NCBI GenBank assembly: GCA_028023455.1
Contig: JAQFVV010000008.1
Coordinates: forward strand, 6,572,001 to 6,636,000
Origin: Epiperipatus broadwayi
Lineage: Eukaryota > Animalia > Onychophora
Direction: 5' to 3'
Length of the DNA stretch: 64,000 nt
Below, piece after piece: positions 61,421-64,000 of this stretch; within the stretch, counting starts at the first letter, position 1; every line of letters begins with the position of its first letter. Made by a program: the position numbers and the translations under genes. The notes below the pieces were generated by a model. The model did not search any database and was not told where the DNA came from. It saw nothing but the letters and a program-made list of their open reading frames with translations.

Positions 61421-62559
61421 TGTTTAGTGGTTTAATCTCCATAATTAAATGAATATGGACATTTAGTGAATTAGGCCTTTGCATTTATCAATAAAATAAT
61501 ACATTATCACTATTATATATAAAATGTGTAATAGGAGGACTATGTCTATAAAAGAATAATACAATGGCAAACTAAATATATTGCTTATTCTTAACTTTTT
61601 TTAATAGCTGTGATAGATGAATATAAATTGAAAGAGAAGCATATGATTTAAAGTAATGATATGCTTATTACTTAGTAATTGAGACAAGATTCTTTTAAAT
61701 TTTAATGCAATTTGTATGCCCTCTCCATTTTTAGAAATTATCAATTACATTAACATTTTTCCTTATATTGTAATATAATCTTCAATACTTTCTCTTCCTC
61801 GTTCCTTCTTTATTTTTGCCTTTTTTATATAACATATAATAACAACATTTCATTCTTCTTACACTTTAAAGCATAAATAAATAAATAAACTGTAAAGAAT
61901 AAATAAATATATTTTGCTTTAAAGCGTAAGAAGAGTGTTATTATATGTTACATTAACATTTAAAAGAATTTTAACTAAAAAGCATATTAATGCTTTAAAT
62001 TGTACATTCACAAGTTTAAAAGCTACTTATTATATAAATATAAATTGACTATATTAAAAAAAAAATTATACTTATTGCATGATGGTAAAAGAATGTGGCA
62101 TAATTTTATCATTTAAAGTAAAATATTTATAACTTTTGTGTGTATCACAAGCACTTCACATAAATATTTAATTAATACAAAAAAAAAATTATGAATACAA
62201 TATACAACAGATAGTAATTAATTGTATAAAGTTCAAAAAAATTGATAGACCATAATAATATATATAAATGCTGTAACCAATGATGTTGAGAAACAAAATG
62301 GTAATGAGCTTACTACTTGGACTGAATGTATGCATATTGCTGGGGGGGAAAGATAAATTAAAAAGAGTGCATTAATTAAAAACAGTGCTGTTATAGTCGA
62401 TCACCCTTACACCCAACCCTTTATTAGAATTATTTTTTTTTGTTATTTCATTTCTAAACCCTACTGCATCTTATACAAATCATATAATGCCAATACATAA
62501 TCATAAAACTAAACAAAAATATCGTTTTTATATACATTACCATAGATAATTTTAATTTT

Positions 62560-63760
62560 ATATGTTTATCATAAAATTTTATCTCTTCCTTATCATCATC
62601 ATCATTCCAATCATTTAACAATAACACTGCAGATTGAAGATTTCTCCAAGTTTAATTCAGCTACTCTGATCTCTAATTTCTCTATGTATATAAAACAGCA
62701 ATCTTCCTTATTTCATCCAGCCATCTCACATATCATTTCTATCTCTAGATTTTTTATAATCTCTTGATATCTAATTTAAAACATCAATTATTCATTAATT
62801 ATCATTTAACAATATTTCCAACCCAGCTCTATTTCAGTCTCTTAATCATTTCAATGATGTTAATGATATCTATTTGTTTTTTCATCCATATATTTTATTT
62901 TTAATCTCTTCTTGTTACTCTTAAAATACATCTATCCATACTTTGGTAAGTGATCTGAATTCTCTATATTGCTCTTCTATTAAGTGTCCAAGTCTCAGAT
63001 CCATAAGTAAGAACTGATAAAACGCATTTATTAAAATTTCCTTTTCAAACATATAGGCACATTTCCATTTAATATAAAGTTTATTTCCACCAAAGGTAAT
63101 CTCCAAATTTAATTCTATGATTAACTTCATTTATTGTTTATATCTGTATTAATTTGACTCAGATATTTGTAATTGTTAACTTTTTCTAATTCATTTCTAA
63201 TTCACAGTTATCAATCTTTGCCTTCTATTTCAAAGAAAATCTGCTGAACATTATTTAGGTCTTTTTAGCGTTTATTTTGGTAGTATTTTCTTACTTTCAT
63301 CTGATAACCCTTGCAATATTTCCTGAAGTTCTGAATTATTATTTTCAAAAACAACCACATCATTTGCAATGACTCTAAATTTCCCATTTCAATTCATAAA
63401 GTACTTCATAAACTTAATTATAAAAAGTTTTGGATATAGAATCACCTTGATAAACAATTTCCTCAAGGTTAATTTTCTTAGCATCACCATATAATTTATT
63501 AACGCTGTTGCATTTTGTTAAATATTCTTCAGAATATAATGATAACTCTAGTTTATATCTTGATGATCCGATGCTTTAATCACTGTAAAATGTTTATAGA
63601 AACAAATGCTTTTTCATAATCTACAAATCCAAAAGACAATGGCAACTCATACTCATTGAACTTTCTATAACTTCTCTCAATATTTGGATGTGATACATTA
63701 TACTAAACCACTGTTAAATCAGACCTTTTCTTTTGGCTGGTTAGAATCTAAAGTTCAATG
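62560..63760 (-). mobile_element. Decayed RTE-clade non-LTR retrotransposon RT region
   Basis: - strand ELPLSFGFVDYEKAFVSIKH (about 63600-63655) and CVLSVLTYGSETWTLNRRAI (about 62970-63030). Confidence 0.8.
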
Positions 63761-64000
63761 TAGAAAAGTTGTAATTATTTTAAAATAGATTTTATATAAA
63801 ATTGATAAAAGACTGACAGATTTGTAATTTCTAATATCTTCTTTAACATTTTTTTAAATATCAGCATTATTATTGCATTCTTGTAAGTATCTGATACATC
63901 TTTATCATTTTTTTACCTATTTCTTTTAAAACAATAATTAATAATTGAATACTTGTATAATTTATATACTGTACTTAAAGTTTACATATAATTATAGAGA

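Noticed and set aside
1-64000. tRNA, rRNA, snRNA genes and endogenous viral ORFs
   Set aside because: No recognisable sequence or structure found by eye; a tRNAscan-SE or Infernal run would be needed to exclude them formally.

Overview
AT-rich animal (probably invertebrate) genomic DNA; the species cannot be determined from the sequence. Two host genes are recognisable and converge. C2CD3 (+) contributes its last two exons (17243-17333, 21104-23245). WDR55 (-) contributes four exons (60369-60475, 56848-56947, 52791-52959, 52406-52652), with a 1-nt gap that is probably an assembly error. Most of the remainder is decayed mobile DNA: one full-length but gag-deleted Ty3/Gypsy provirus (7624-14299, 1.4-kb LTRs, ATAT TSD), three Mag-like Gypsy remnants, two TSD-flanked non-autonomous Merlin elements, a Merlin transposase relic, RTE fragments, a Tc1/mariner-type MITE and Penelope-like (PLE) tails. 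The most striking unannotated signal is three unrelated families of minimal type-I hammerhead ribozyme (HHR) motifs, 11 clear motif copies of varying integrity. Several sit in fold-back or inverted arrangements, and a tandem-plus-inverted cluster lies on the transcribed strand of WDR55 introns. All calls were made by eye; no alignment, folding or database search was run.
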